DNA of 63,942 nucleotides, counting the filler, from Pelomyxa schiedti (lineage: Eukaryota > Protista > Evosea): assembly GCA_020536535.1 (NCBI GenBank). It is 11 parts of 11 records of this genome, joined end to end, with 100 filler letters (N's around TTAATTAATTAA, not from the genome) between each part and the next. Parts side by side here need not be neighbours in the genome. Positions count along the whole stretch, not along the records: positions 1 to 11,257 come from JAHLWZ010000121.1; positions 11,358 to 30,318 come from JAHLWZ010000015.1; 9 more parts are not named here. One strand, given 5' to 3'. The notes below the pieces were generated by a model, which worked only from the letters and a program-made list of their open reading frames with translations, ran no database searches and was not told the origin of the DNA. Made by a program: the position numbers and the translations under genes. Shown here piece after piece: positions 1-11,721 of the stretch. Position 1 is the stretch's first letter. Each line of letters starts with the position of its first letter.

Positions 1-292
1 CCCAGCAACCCAGTTGCTTGAATTCCTTTTCCAAGTGCTTCCTTGTAGCAAAACCAGAATTGAGAGTCCCATCTTCTTGTGCAACACAAACCTCATCAGC
101 CAGAATTGAATTTGTTCTCTTTCTCCAACACCCAAATAGCCACTCTATTCCCTCCACCTTTTACAGGTCAGCCAAACTGTATTTTCTTTATGCTCCCATC
201 ATCGTAACGGGCATTGCCACCTGCGCGGTCAACAAATTACCCTGCGCTCTCGAAATTGGTGCCGCCGCGGCCATTTCCCAATCCAAGAAGTA

Positions 293-474
293 TGTGCCGA
301 CAATTAACGTTGGCGGCCTTTATGGCTGCGCCAAACAACTTATGTAGGTTGGTGTTGTTGTTTTCTCTTTTTATTAGGCTCGGTTATTCTTCATTAAGGT
401 TGTGGTGGGTTTAGGCTGTATCCTTGGTGGTACGGAATTATGAGTCAACAGCCTTCTGCTAAAACCTCTTCACA
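293..474 (-). repeat. 3' LTR (type A, 182 bp)
   Basis: TGTGCC...TTCACA; matches 10371-10552 with 2 mismatches; preceded on minus strand by purine tract. Confidence 0.93.
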
Positions 475-485
475 ATCTCCCTCCG
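475..485 (-). promoter_or_regulatory. Polypurine tract (PPT)
   Basis: Minus strand GGAGGGAGAT directly abutting the TG of the 3' LTR. Confidence 0.8.
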
Positions 486-532
486 GCTTAGCTCGTTGCG
501 TCCTCGCAACCGCTTGAAATTACCCGGCGCTG

Positions 533-2352
533 TTATATATTCATAGGCGTGGTTGGTAGATCGCTTTGCGGGGAATTTTGGGGTAATTGGCCGAACTGGA
601 ATAATTGTGACCATACGGGCGGAGGTGGTGTCGGTGTTACGCATATTGGAGATTTTACTTGCGGTTCTGATGCGTTTAGAATACCGTCTCCAACTTGTTT
701 ACGCGTAGCAACTTGTTGGGTTTTACCTCGCGCACGTTTCGGCATCTTTGGTTTCGCTTTTGCATTAGGCGGTTTCCGTTTCCTCGTAGTGGCTTGCTTT
801 GCCTTCTTGTATGCCTCTTTTCTCTCATATACTTCCATTACCTTAGCATCGACTTCTTCCTTTGTCATCCAAGTTGAATTCTTGATAGATAATCCTTCCC
901 ATTTGACTCTAAATTTCAAACCTCCATCTATCATCTTTGCTGATGTAATTCTCTCTTGTTTCATCACTGGTTCTTGCGGTATCTCATACTTTTGCTCTTC
1001 TTCAGCCGCTTTAACTCTAAGCTCACTATCCAGGTATGGCTTGAGTCTATCAATATGAATTACTGGGTGTATCCCTTCAGGTAGTCCTGACAATGTTCTA
1101 TACAACTCAGTAGGCTTGTCAACAATTCTGTATGGTCCAGCATATTTTGGCTTTCCAGATTGTTGCCTTGTCATTGGTATTTGTAACCAAACTCTTACAC
1201 CAACATCTAAGTTATCACTTGCTTTCTTCAAGCGTGATAGCATCTTTATCTGCTGTTTTGACTTTTCTATGATCTGTTGCTCTTGTACAATAGCTCGAAT
1301 CATTTGTCTCTCATGCAGTTGTTGTTGCATTCTGGACATAGTATCACTCTTCTCGATTGGATAATTCTCCAATAACAATGTATCAACAGGTATTCTTGGA
1401 TCCCTAATGTGATCAAGAAAGAAAGGAGTTTCACCGGTTAGAACTGATGGTGTTGTATTGATATCGAATTCTATCCAGTGCAATTGTTGATCCCAATCAG
1501 TAGGATGTTTCTCAATGTACTTCTCCACACAATGTTTGACATTTTTGACAGCATTCTCAGCAGCTCCATTAGACTGTGGATGATAAGCTGTCACAGTATT
1601 GCGATGTATACCCCAGCTTCGACACATTTCAGTATTTAGATCGTTCACAAAGGCAGGATCTCTATCACAAACCAGGTATTTCAATCCTCCTTGCGGAACA
1701 ATCCAATGTTTCTCAATGCATCTTACCAATGTAGAAGCTTCCTTATTACGCAAGGTTTTCAGCTTTACTACCTTAGTATACAAGTCAACCATAACACATC
1801 CAAGTGTTTTTCCGGACTTAGTTTCTGGAAATGGTCCCCATAAGTCAATAGCTACATACTCATTTGGTTCAGTAGCTAGTATACTTTTTGGTTGATAACT
1901 TGGCTTGTGTTTTCGAAATTTCTGACATTCAGGACAGCTTTTGACCCATTCTTTAAGGTCTTGGAACATAGTTGGCCACCAATATTTTTCGGACAGAACA
2001 ATGTACATCTTGGCACTACTTCTATGACCACCACCTTTTAAGTCATCATGGTGATTTTGCATCAATCGGAGCTTGATGTTTCCTCTAGGTATGCATAATC
2101 GCCATCTTGGAGTTCGTTTTACTAACTTAGCTGGTTTAGGTACTTTCCATAAAGTATCATGGTCAAGGACAAAAAGATCTTTCTGAACCATGTATTTGAA
2201 GCGTTTATCTTCAGGCATGTCTTTCAACACAGAATAATTGCCTTTGACTACTTCAGAAAGTATCTTCAGTTCTGGATCCTTCTTTTGCTCAGCAGCAATT
2301 TCCTGATTTGATATTTCTACAACGCAGACTTGTTCTTGCAGTTTCTCTTCTT
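533..2352 (-). CDS. pol: Pol C-terminus: integrase (HHCC, DDE, GPY) plus chromodomain
   Basis: HDDLKGGGH...CPEC zinc finger; IDLWGP/CDRDPAF/YHPQSNGAAE core; KYAGPY; FRVKWEG...STW chromodomain. Confidence 0.95.
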
Positions 2353-2452
2353 NNNNNNNNNNNNNNNNNNNNNNNNNNNNNNNNNNNNNNNNNNNNNNNN
2401 NNNNNNNNNNNNNNNNNNNNNNNNNNNNNNNNNNNNNNNNNNNNNNNNNNNN

Positions 2453-3741
2453 GAATAATTGCCTTTGACTACTTCAGAAAGTATCTTCAGTTCTGGATCC
2501 TTCTTTTGCTCAGCAGCAATTTCCTGATTTGATATTTCTACAACGCAGACTTGTTCTTGCAGTTTCTCTTCTTGTTCTTGTTCTGTTTGTACATCAAGTC
2601 TTCGTTCTTCGCGAACAGAAACAGGTTCTTTGGTTTCCGCTCTCGTAAAGCCATCTGATGTATTAAGATGTCCAGGTCTGTGTATCACTTCATAGTCATA
2701 TTCTTGAAGTAACAATGACCATCTAGCCAATCGTGAATTTCCTTGTACTTGATTCAGCTTAGCTAGAGATTTGGCATCTGTTATGACTATAAAATGCTTT
2801 CCCCAAATGTATGGCTGAAAATGTTGCACGGCATATACAACAGCTAATGCTTCTAACTGTGTAATATGATATCTAACTTCTGCACCTCGCAGTTTGCGGC
2901 TTGCAAATGCAATAGGATGGATTTGTCCTTCATCATCCCTTTGCGTCAATGTTGCAGATATAGCAGTTATTGAAGCATCGGTTTCAATAGTAAAAGGCTT
3001 ATCCCATTTTGGATACTGCAAAATTGGAGCTTTTGTCAGCTTTCGCTTCAATTTCTCAAACGCCTTTTGCTCTGCTTCTCCCCAATGCCATTCAATATCC
3101 TTTTTCTTTAGTTCTTCCAATGGACTAGCTATTTTGGCAAAGCCTTTGATGAATCGTCGGTAATATCCTACAATTCCTAAAAAGCTTCTGACACCTTTCT
3201 GATTTACAGGCGGCTGTAGATTTTGAATTGCTTGAATTTTGGCTGGATCTGGTTTGATACCATTACTCGAGATCAAATGTCCTAGATATCGCAATTCTGA
3301 TTTTGCAAATTGACACTTTCCCAAGTTTACTTGTAATCCTGCTTTTCTCAAGCAATCAAATACTTTCCTCACCCAAGATAGGTGTTCAACTAGGGTTCCT
3401 CGCGAGAATATGATTACATCATCGATATATACCAAACAGTGTTCAGGAGCCAATCCCGCTAGAATTAGATCCATTAATTTCTGAAATGTGGCAGGTGCAT
3501 TGACTAAACCAAAACTCATTACAGCAAATTGGTATAATCCCGATCTTGTTCGAAAAGCTGATTTTTCCTTAGCTCTTTTGGACAATTCGACTTGCCAATA
3601 GCCAGCTTTCAAATCGAGTCCTGTGAACCAATTATTGCCACCTAGCGCATCTAGCATGTCATCAATTCTTGGCATTGGATACGCCATCTTCTTGGTTACA
3701 TCATTCAGTTTTCTGTAATCTACACAGAATCGATAGGTTCC
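2453..3741 (-). CDS. pol: Pol: reverse transcriptase and RNase H
   Basis: [38 protein letters not shown]; TDAS, ELEALA-like, ITD RNase H motifs. Confidence 0.97.
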
Positions 3742-3841
3742 NNNNNNNNNNNNNNNNNNNNNNNNNNNNNNNNNNNNNNNNNNNNNNNNNNNNNNNNNNN
3801 NNNNNNNNNNNNNNNNNNNNNNNNNNNNNNNNNNNNNNNNN

Positions 3842-5461
3842 CTGTGAACCAATTATTGCCACCTAGCGCATCTAGCATGTCATCAATTCTTGGCATTGGA
3901 TACGCCATCTTCTTGGTTACATCATTCAGTTTTCTGTAATCTACACAGAATCGATAGGTTCCGTCTGGTTTCTTCACAAGCACGACTGGTGCTGCCCATG
4001 GAGATACAGAAGGTTCTATTACTCCTGAGGCTAGACCTTTCTTGACTTCCTCCTCTATGATTCTGTTTATCTCCGGTGCTTTACGATACATCGGTAATGC
4101 AATCGGAGCACTGTCTCCAGTATCGATATCATGTGTGATCACGTCTGTTTTTCCAGTAGTTTCGCCATCACTGATAATATCCAGATATTCCTCCAGAAGT
4201 TGTTTTACTCGATTTTGACTTTTCGGTTCCAAATGATTCAAGGACAACTTCTGAATGAGTTCTTTCCTTCGAAGAGTTTTTTCATCATCCTGAGTCCTCT
4301 TCTTGATCGAAATATCAACTGGATTAGGTTTGGCTACTTTGGATTCAATTCCTATTGACCCAATTGTATAGGTAGGAATTGGACCTACTTTTGTACACAC
4401 AAGATTGAGCGCATTTATGTTGAGTCGACATTGTTGTCTTCTAGGATTCGTGATCAACAAGGGTATTTCACCTTTGTCCTCAACTTTGGCTAACACTGTT
4501 GCACACATCACAGCTTTATGTCCTTTTTGTTGCTCTATACATACTTCATCACCAGGATATATATCCCGCACTTTGACCTTGATTACAGTATAACATCGAG
4601 CTTTGATTCTGACAGACTGGAACACTGTGTACACTGAATGGATTCCTGGATTGTATTCCACATCAGCACACTTCACTGGTGTCAGACCCGGCAACTGCAA
4701 TAAACCAGTGCTACAGTCGATGACTGCCTTCTGTTTTACCAGCCAATCTATACCAAGTATGATTGGATATGCCAGCCTAGGTACTCTCAATGCATCAAGT
4801 TGGAATGGCCGGTTCCTTATTGAGATTGACAACACTTTTCACCCGATACATTTCAATTCTTCATAAGCTACTGTCGACAGTTGTATCATTGATATCTTGG
4901 GGGTCCCCTAAGTTGCATTTTTCATACCATTCATGGTCAATTAGAGATACATCCGCTCCTGTGTCTACTTTTGCTGTGACTATATGTCCACTTGGCAATT
5001 CTACTTCAGCGCAACAAGTTATCCTTTCACTTTTCAAACTTGCTACTTGTTTCTGTCTACGCTCTATTTCTTGTTTCAAATTTGTCTCATTGTTCTCATC
5101 TTGATTCTTTCCACCTTGATTCTTATCTTCTTGGTTTTGCTCTCCGCCTTGGTTACTTCCATCTTTTGTATCACCTTTCATCTCCCTCTTACGCCTCTTC
5201 CGATACGCACTCCATCCACATTTGAAGTAGCGTTCTCCGTTTTCCCCGTATACTGGGACGAACACGATAGCTCCTTGCAAGAGTATTAACAAAGCCAATT
5301 CTTTTATTTCTCTCATTCGAATCTAGTTTGCCAGTCAAATCGATTTTGGATTTGGAACTAGGAACGGGACACTCAGTCGAATTTGGCTTTGTATTCAATA
5401 CTCTTGTCTTCAGCTGCCGGCCGGAGGCACGGAGCCTTTGCCCTTGGCCAGAGCATTTAAA
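3842..5461 (-). pseudogene. pol: Pol N-terminus copy 1 (aspartic protease, spacer domain, RT start) with frameshifts
   Basis: VDTGAD and ILGIDWL; -1, +4 and +1 indels relative to copy 2. Confidence 0.85.
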
Positions 5462-6553
5462 TGTTGAATCCTATGCGCATGCGAGCACCAATGTGATTTC
5501 GTACCAGTTACTGGATCTTCCCATACATTTTTGAAGCACCCAGGAAAAATGCATGCAGATACTTGCTATTCCCTTCTTATCTTGATCCATAGAACTTGAA
5601 GCAGCGGCACTCGAATCACTTGGAGTTGCTGTATTGGAAGTCGGAGCAGTAGATTTGTCAGCTTTCTTCCTCGGTTGGTGACAGTCCTTCGCCATATGTC
5701 CTTCCTTCCCACAATTGTAGCAGGTTCCATAACAGCTCCTCTTCTTGCCTGCTAAGAAAGGTTTGAAGGCCTCTTTTACCGCTGTTTGGATCATTTGCTG
5801 CATATCCTTAGGCTCTTCTCCTGAAATTGGTCCAACAACAGGATTCTTGGTTGTAGATCGAAGTGACAACAACCAAGAATCCTGTTGTCGGTCCAATTTC
5901 AGCAGAAGAGCCTAAGGATATGCAGCAAATGACTAATCATGGTTTCAATGAGGTTTCGCATGGCATTGACATCATGAACTGAGCCATAAACTTGCTCATA
6001 GGTATACCTCATGCGGCGCGTATAAGCTTCAATACTCTCATTGGCACCTTGAATCATATTCAACAGCCTTTGTCTAGCAAGCTTCTCTTCCTCAAGTAAG
6101 TAATTTTCCAGGAATACACGCTCAACATCCTTCAGAGAACACATTTGCATGATCTGCAGTCCTAAATACAATGCAGCATCTCCCGATAACGCTGTCACAA
6201 TATGCGCATATTGTAGTGGCTTCAGACCATCCTGATGCCCATCTATGTGCTAGTACCGCTTCCCACCAGCAACGAGCAATATGTGATTCACCCTCTCCTG
6301 AAAACTTAGGAAGCCTCCCCATACTGCTATCTGTCTTCTCTTTGACTGCAAGGTCAACTACTTCTGGCAATCCTAACATTTTCCTCCTAGTTTTCCACGC
6401 TTCACCATCAGAAATGATATCTTCCTGAGATTGAACTTTTGCCGTCGCTGTAGAAACTGTTGCAGGTGCTGAACCACCATTCACCGCAGCACTAGACGAT
6501 TGAGTAGTATTTGAAGTATTATCCATCGGCGGACTCTTATCTTCTCCAGGCAT
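5410..6553 (-). pseudogene. gag: Gag copy 1, frameshifted and internally rearranged
   Basis: LPKFSGE, QGANESIEAY, CYNCGKEGHMAKDC; broken into 3 ORFs; inverted duplication at 5791-5932. Confidence 0.88.
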
Positions 6554-6764
6554 TCCTATTTCTGTTGTGTTCTTTCAACTCACTTTGATTAGTAGCGGAC
6601 TGTTTCCGGAGCTTTCTATTTACTGTACAACTCTCCCCACTATCTGTCTTGTCTCACTAGCTCAACTTGCACTATGTATTTCCCGCTATGACTGAACTGA
6701 CACTCACTATCTCTCAGCTATCTCTCGGCTAACTCTCAACTAGCTCTCTGGCTACCAACACACT

Positions 6765-7095
6765 TGTACCAACAATTAATATTGTCAGGGTATATGCGTA
6801 CCACTTGTGGTCATCACCTCTGGGTTGAATTTTCTTTCTTCTTGGTGTCTCGTACGCGGAAAGAGAGATTGTTCACAGTGTCCTTTTTCTTGGGCCCAAA
6901 CTGCGAAAGCACTCTCAATCAAACGGTTTATTGACTGTGCTGAAGTGAGCCCGAAAAGGGACGCAGAGAAGCACGCGAGGCAAACAACAAGTTTTGGTTT
7001 TTTTATTTTATTTCTGGTTCACAGAGGTTTTTCAGTGTCAGGCAGGGGATGACTCACTCCTTGGAAAGGAGTATGATAGTTTATATTATTTCACA
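6765..7095 (-). repeat. Putative 5' LTR type B (~331 bp)
   Basis: Occupies the same position relative to PBS/leader as LTR-A; similar termini (TGTACCAACAATTAA...TTCACA); AATAAA on minus strand; interior unrelated to LTR-A. Confidence 0.65.
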
Positions 7096-7430
7096 CGTGA
7101 TACAAGATACTAGTATATTGGTTGTTAACAACCACACTCGCACGCACTCTCTCTACAACATCTTTCTGGATTTGAGTACCCATAGGGATAAGCAGGCCAC
7201 GAGTAGAACTATATATATGTAGAAGTAGTTAAAATAAATTCCGCATGTGGATTTGGGTTTTCAAACTACTAGTAGTTACCTGCAAGGAATATGAACTCAT
7301 AAATGGCACTGCTTACAAGTTGCGCCATCCNNNNNNNNNNNNNNNNNNNNNNNNNNNNNNNNNNNNNNNNNNNNNNNNNNNNNNNNNNNNNNNNNNNNNN
7401 NNNNNNNNNNNNNNNNNNNNNNNNNNNNNN

Positions 7431-8789
7431 GATTAGGTTTGGCTACTTTGGATTCAATTCCTATTGACCCAATTGTATAGGTAGGAATTGGACCTACTTT
7501 TGTACACACAAGATTGAGCGCATTTATGTTGAGTCGACATTGTTGTCTTCTGGGATTCGTGATCAGCAAGGGTATTTCACCTTTGTCATCAACTTTGGCT
7601 AACACTGTTGCACACATCACAGCTTTATGTCCTTTTTGTTGCTCTATACATACTTCATCACCAGGAGATATATCCCGCACTTTGACCTTGATTACAGTAT
7701 AACATCGAGCTTTGACTCTGACAGACTGAAACACTGTATACACTGAATGGATTCCTGGATTGGATTCCACATCAGCACACTTCACTGGTGTCAGACCCGG
7801 CAAGTGCAATAAACCAGTGCTACAGTCGATGACTGCCTTCTGTTTTACCAGCCAATCTATCCCAAGTATGATTGGATATGCCAGTCTAGGTACTATCAAT
7901 GCATCAAGTTGGAATGGCCGGTTCCTTATTGAGATTGACAGCACTTTTCGCCCGATACATTTCAATTCTTCATAAGCTACTGTCGACAGTTGTATCATTG
8001 ATATCTCGGGATCCCCTAAGTTGCATTTTTCATACCATTCATGGTCAATTAGAGATACATCCGCTCCTGTGTCTACTTTTGCTGTGACTATATGTCCACT
8101 TGGCAATTCTACTTCAGTGCAACAAGTTATCCTTTCACTTTTCAGACTTGCTACTTGTTTCTGTCTACGCTCTATTTCTTGTTTCAAATTTGTCTCATTG
8201 TTCTCATCTTGATTCTTTCCACCTTGATTCTTATCTTCTTGGTTTTGCTCTCCGCCTTGATTTTGCTCTCCATCTTTTGTATTACCTTTCATCTTCTTCT
8301 TACGCCTCTTCCGATACGCACTCCACATTTGAAGTAGCGTTCTCCGTTTTCCCCGTATACTCGGACGAACACAATAGCTCCTTGCAAGAGTATTAACAAA
8401 GCCAATTCTTTTATTTTCCTCATTCAAATCTAGTTTGCCAGTCAAATCGTTTTTGGATTTGGAACTAGGAACGGGACACTCAGNNNNNNNNNNNNNNNNN
8501 NNNNNNNNNNNNNNNNNNNNNNNNNNNNNNNNNNNNNNNNNNNNNNNNNNNNNNNNNNNNNNNNNNNNNNNNNNNNNNNNNNNGGACGAACACAATAGCT
8601 CCTTGCAAGAGTATTAACAAAGCCAATTCTTTTATTTTCCTCATTCAAATCTAGTTTGCCAGTCAAATCGTTTTTGGATTTGGAACTAGGAACGGGACAC
8701 TCAGTCGAATTTGGCTTTGTATTCAATACTCTTGTCTTCAGCTGTCGGCCGGAGGCACGGAGCCTTTGCCTGCGGCCAAGGAATTTAAA
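7431..8789 (-). CDS. pol: Pol N-terminus copy 2 (-1 frame to gag): protease and spacer domain, partial
   Basis: Open frame from slippery site through VDTGAD...ILGIDWL, interrupted only by an N gap. Confidence 0.9.
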
Positions 8790-10161
8790 TGCTGGTTCCT
8801 GTGAGCATGGGAACACCAATGTGACTTTGTCCCGGTAATTGGATCTTCCCACACAGTATTGTAGCACCCTGGAAATATGCATACACTTGCTACCCCTTTA
8901 GTCTTGTCTTGATCCATATTAGAACTCGAAGCAGCGGCACTCGAATCACTTGGAGTCGTAGTATCGGAAGTAGAAGCAGTAGACTTGTCAGCTTTCTTCC
9001 TTGGTAAGCGACAGTCTCTAGACATATGGCCTTCCTTCCCACAATTATAGCAGGCACCAACACAGGTTTTCTTCTTTCCTGCAAAAAGAGGTTTGACCGC
9101 TTCCTTCACTGCTGTTTGGATCATCTCTCGCATATCTTTTGATTCCTCTCCAGAAATCGGACCAACAGTAGGATTCTTGCTTGTAGTTACCTCTATCTTC
9201 TTCAACATACTGACCACCTCAGACCAGTCACTAAAATCAGGTAGAGCATTGATTTTGCTTCTCAATTCTGGTCGCAAATGACTAATCATGGTTTCAATGA
9301 GGTTTTGCATGGCATTGACATCATGAACTGAGCCATAAACTTGCTCATAGGTATACCTCATGCGGCGCGTATAAGCTTCAATACTCTCATTAGCACCTTG
9401 AATCATATTCAACAGCCTTTGTCTAGCAAGCTTCTCTTCTTCAAGTAAGTAATTCTGCATGAACACACGCTCAACTTCCTTTAGAGAAACAAGTTGCANN
9501 NNNNNNNNNNNNNNNNNNNNNNNNNNNNNNNNNNNNNNNNNNNNNNNNNNNNNNNNNNNNNNNNNNNNNNNNNNNNNNNNNNNNNNNNNNNNNNNNNNTC
9601 AATACTCTCATTAGCACCTTGAATCATATTCAACAGCCTTTGTCTAGCAAGCTTCTCTTCTTCAAGTAAGTAATTCTGCATGAACACACGCTCAACTTCC
9701 TTTAGAGAAACAAGTTGCATGATCTGTGGTCCTAGATACAATGCAGCATCTCCAGATAAAGCTGTCACAATGTGAGCGATTGTAGTAGCTTCAGACCATC
9801 CCGATGCCCATCTATGTGCTAGTACCGCTTCCCACCAGCAACGAGCAATATGGGATTCACCCTCTCCTGAAAACTTAGGCAGCCTCCCCATACTGCTATC
9901 CACCTTCTCCTTCACTCCAAGATCAACCACTTCTGACAATCCTAACATTTTCCTCCTAGTTTTCCATGCTTCACCATCAGAAATGATATCCTCATGAGAT
10001 AGAACCTTTGCCGTCGCTGTAGAAACTGTTGCAGGTGCTGAGCCACCATTCACCGCAGCACTAGACGATTGAGTAGTATTTGAAGTATCCATCGGCGGAC
10101 TCTTAGTATCCATCGGCGGACTCTTAGTATCTATCGGCGGAATCTTATCTTCTCCAGGCAT
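8738..10161 (-). CDS. gag: Gag copy 2 with CCHC zinc knuckle
   Basis: Open across the gap duplication; CYNCGKEGHMSRDC; extra C-terminal Cys/His cluster. Confidence 0.92.
8747..8789 (-). promoter_or_regulatory. -1 programmed ribosomal frameshift signal (gag/pol)
   Basis: T_TTA_AAT heptamer in gag frame, 5-nt spacer, stem GGCCG-C-AGGCA/TGCCT-C-CGGCC; conserved at 5419-5461. Confidence 0.8.
10085..10147. repeat. 3 x 21-bp tandem repeat in gag N-terminus (PPMDTKS)
   Basis: GTATCCATCGGCGGACTCTTA x2 plus one variant; single unit in copy 1. Confidence 0.9.
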
Positions 10162-10353
10162 TCCTATTTCTATTATGTTCTTTCAACTCACTTTGATTAG
10201 TAGTGGACTGTTTCCGGAGCTTTCTATTTACTGTACTCTCCCCACTATCTGTCTTGTCTCACTAGCTCAACTTGCACTATGTATTTCCGGCTATGACTGA
10301 ACTGACACTCACTATCTCTCAGCTATCTTTCGGCTAACTCTCAACTAGCTCTC

Positions 10354-10362
10354 CTGCTACCA
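10354..10362 (-). promoter_or_regulatory. Primer binding site, tRNA-iMet-like
   Basis: TGGTAGCAG 8 nt downstream of 5' LTR; TGGTAGC also at 6751-6757. Confidence 0.6.
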
Positions 10363-10370
10363 ACAGCACT

Positions 10371-10552
10371 TGTGCCGACAATTAACGTTGGCGGCCTTTA
10401 TGGCTGCGCCAAACAACTTATGTAGGTTGGTGTTGTTGTTTTCTCTTTTTATTAGGCCCGGTTATTCTTCATTAAAGTTGTGGTGGGTTTAGGCTGTATC
10501 CTTGGTGGTACGGAATTATGAGTCAACAGCCTTCTGCTAAAACCTCTTCACA
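10371..10552 (-). repeat. 5' LTR (type A, 182 bp)
   Basis: Near-identical to 293-474, TG..CA. Confidence 0.93.
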
Positions 10553-11169
10553 CCTTCGGTGAAACAAAAGTTTTCCTTTAACTTGGAAAGAAAATCGACT
10601 CTCTGCTGCTTAACTTGACCCGTCAGGCCAATACGCCGTTCTCTGACAGCTTTACCACTACACTATTAGAACTCTAAAGGGAGCATACTTCATCCCAGCT
10701 AGCCATCCATTGACAGTCAATCCAAATAACAAGCAACCAATCCATGGAATCCAGGTTAAAGGAGCTGGTTCTGAATCCTGAATTGACCAGAATATTTGTT
10801 GTTGTTTGAGTGACACACCACTTTTGTGAGTGTTACAGTAAAAATGGGGGTGGTGATGATGGATGATGAGAATGGAGGAGGGTAGGGAGGCGGGCTTTTG
10901 ATTTTGAGCCCCCAGTGTGAGTGGACCAATCTGCAGGGTCCCCCGAACAGTCAAATAGCAGTCTCGACGATATACCAGAGTGGTTCACTCCGAACTGTCT
11001 GTCCACGAAAAAGTGCTGGGACGTTGGTGCACGCTACTTCTCGAGTGTACAAAGTGCAACGCTGGTGTGACAGGACCCAAAATAAAAATACACCAAAAAA
11101 GAGTCCCCTTGAGGAAGACACAGGGCGGGGGTTCATGTCACCGTCAGAGGCCTGAGAGGACTGGCTATT

Positions 11170-11258
11170 CTCTGTCCATGAGGGGCTGAGCCCCTTCGTG
11201 AATGGATCTGCCCACAGCCCAACCACCGCGAGGGGCGCAACCCGGTTTCCACTCCAGN
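11170..11258 (-). pseudogene. Possible degenerate retrotransposon RNase H C-terminal fragment
   Basis: LEWKPG...WADPFTKGL across a frameshift; short match only. Confidence 0.3.
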
Positions 11259-11301
11259 NNNNNNNNNNNNNNNNNNNNNNNNNNNNNNNNNNNNNNNNNN
11301 N

Positions 11302-11313
11302 TTAATTAATTAA
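11302..11313. other. Artificial contig linker TTAATTAATTAA (also 30363, 34809, 37516, 42168, 46129, 57476, 59996, 61323, 62870)
   Basis: Six-frame stop palindrome embedded in N runs. Confidence 0.99.
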
Positions 11314-11721
11314 NNNNNNNNNNNNNNNNNNNNNNNNNNNNNNNNNNNNNNNNNNNNACAGGAACGGGAACGTAACCAGCTAAAATGCAACCCCAGAAGC
11401 CAACAACGAACTCCACTCCATGGAACGGATACAATAGCAGAACCATACCAACTCCATTACTAGCCACTGGCTTATTTGTCTTGAAGCTACAAAAATCAAG
11501 GGAAAAAACAATAGAAATATGTAAGACAATAAAACTAAAGCACAACAACCAAAGCAAAGCAAAGCAAAGCAAACAAACTAAAAAAAATTTTTTTTTTGAC
11601 TTAGGCCTTCACGCTATTTATTCAGGAAAAACCAAAAAGTAAGCGAAACGAAACAAAAAAAAAAAACCGAAGGGAACGAAACGGAACGAGCAAACAAACA
11701 AAGTAACAAACAAACAACATA

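Larger units (their letters stand above)
293..10552 (-). mobile_element. Ty3/Gypsy (chromovirus-like) LTR retrotransposon region, two partial copies collapsed/scaffolded together
   Basis: Domain order gag-PR-RT-RH-IN-chromo on minus strand; TG..CA LTRs, PBS and PPT; gag/PR present twice; no matching TSD outside the LTRs. Confidence 0.95.

Noticed and set aside
1-290. Possible coding remnant flanking the LTR
   Set aside because: No recognisable motif; stops present
2232-2572. Apparent direct repeats flanking 100-N gaps (also ~3620-3960, 8363-8703, 9380-9718, 43079-43418, 58301-58641)
   Set aside because: Identical ~120-bp overlaps on both sides of scaffold gaps are unmerged contig ends, not biology
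288-10557. Single intact element between the two LTR-A copies
   Set aside because: Flanks AAGTA and CCTTC do not form a TSD, and the interior contains two gag/PR sets separated by gaps
11302-11313. Recurring palindrome TTAATTAATTAA
   Set aside because: Artificial six-frame stop linker; adjacency across it is meaningless
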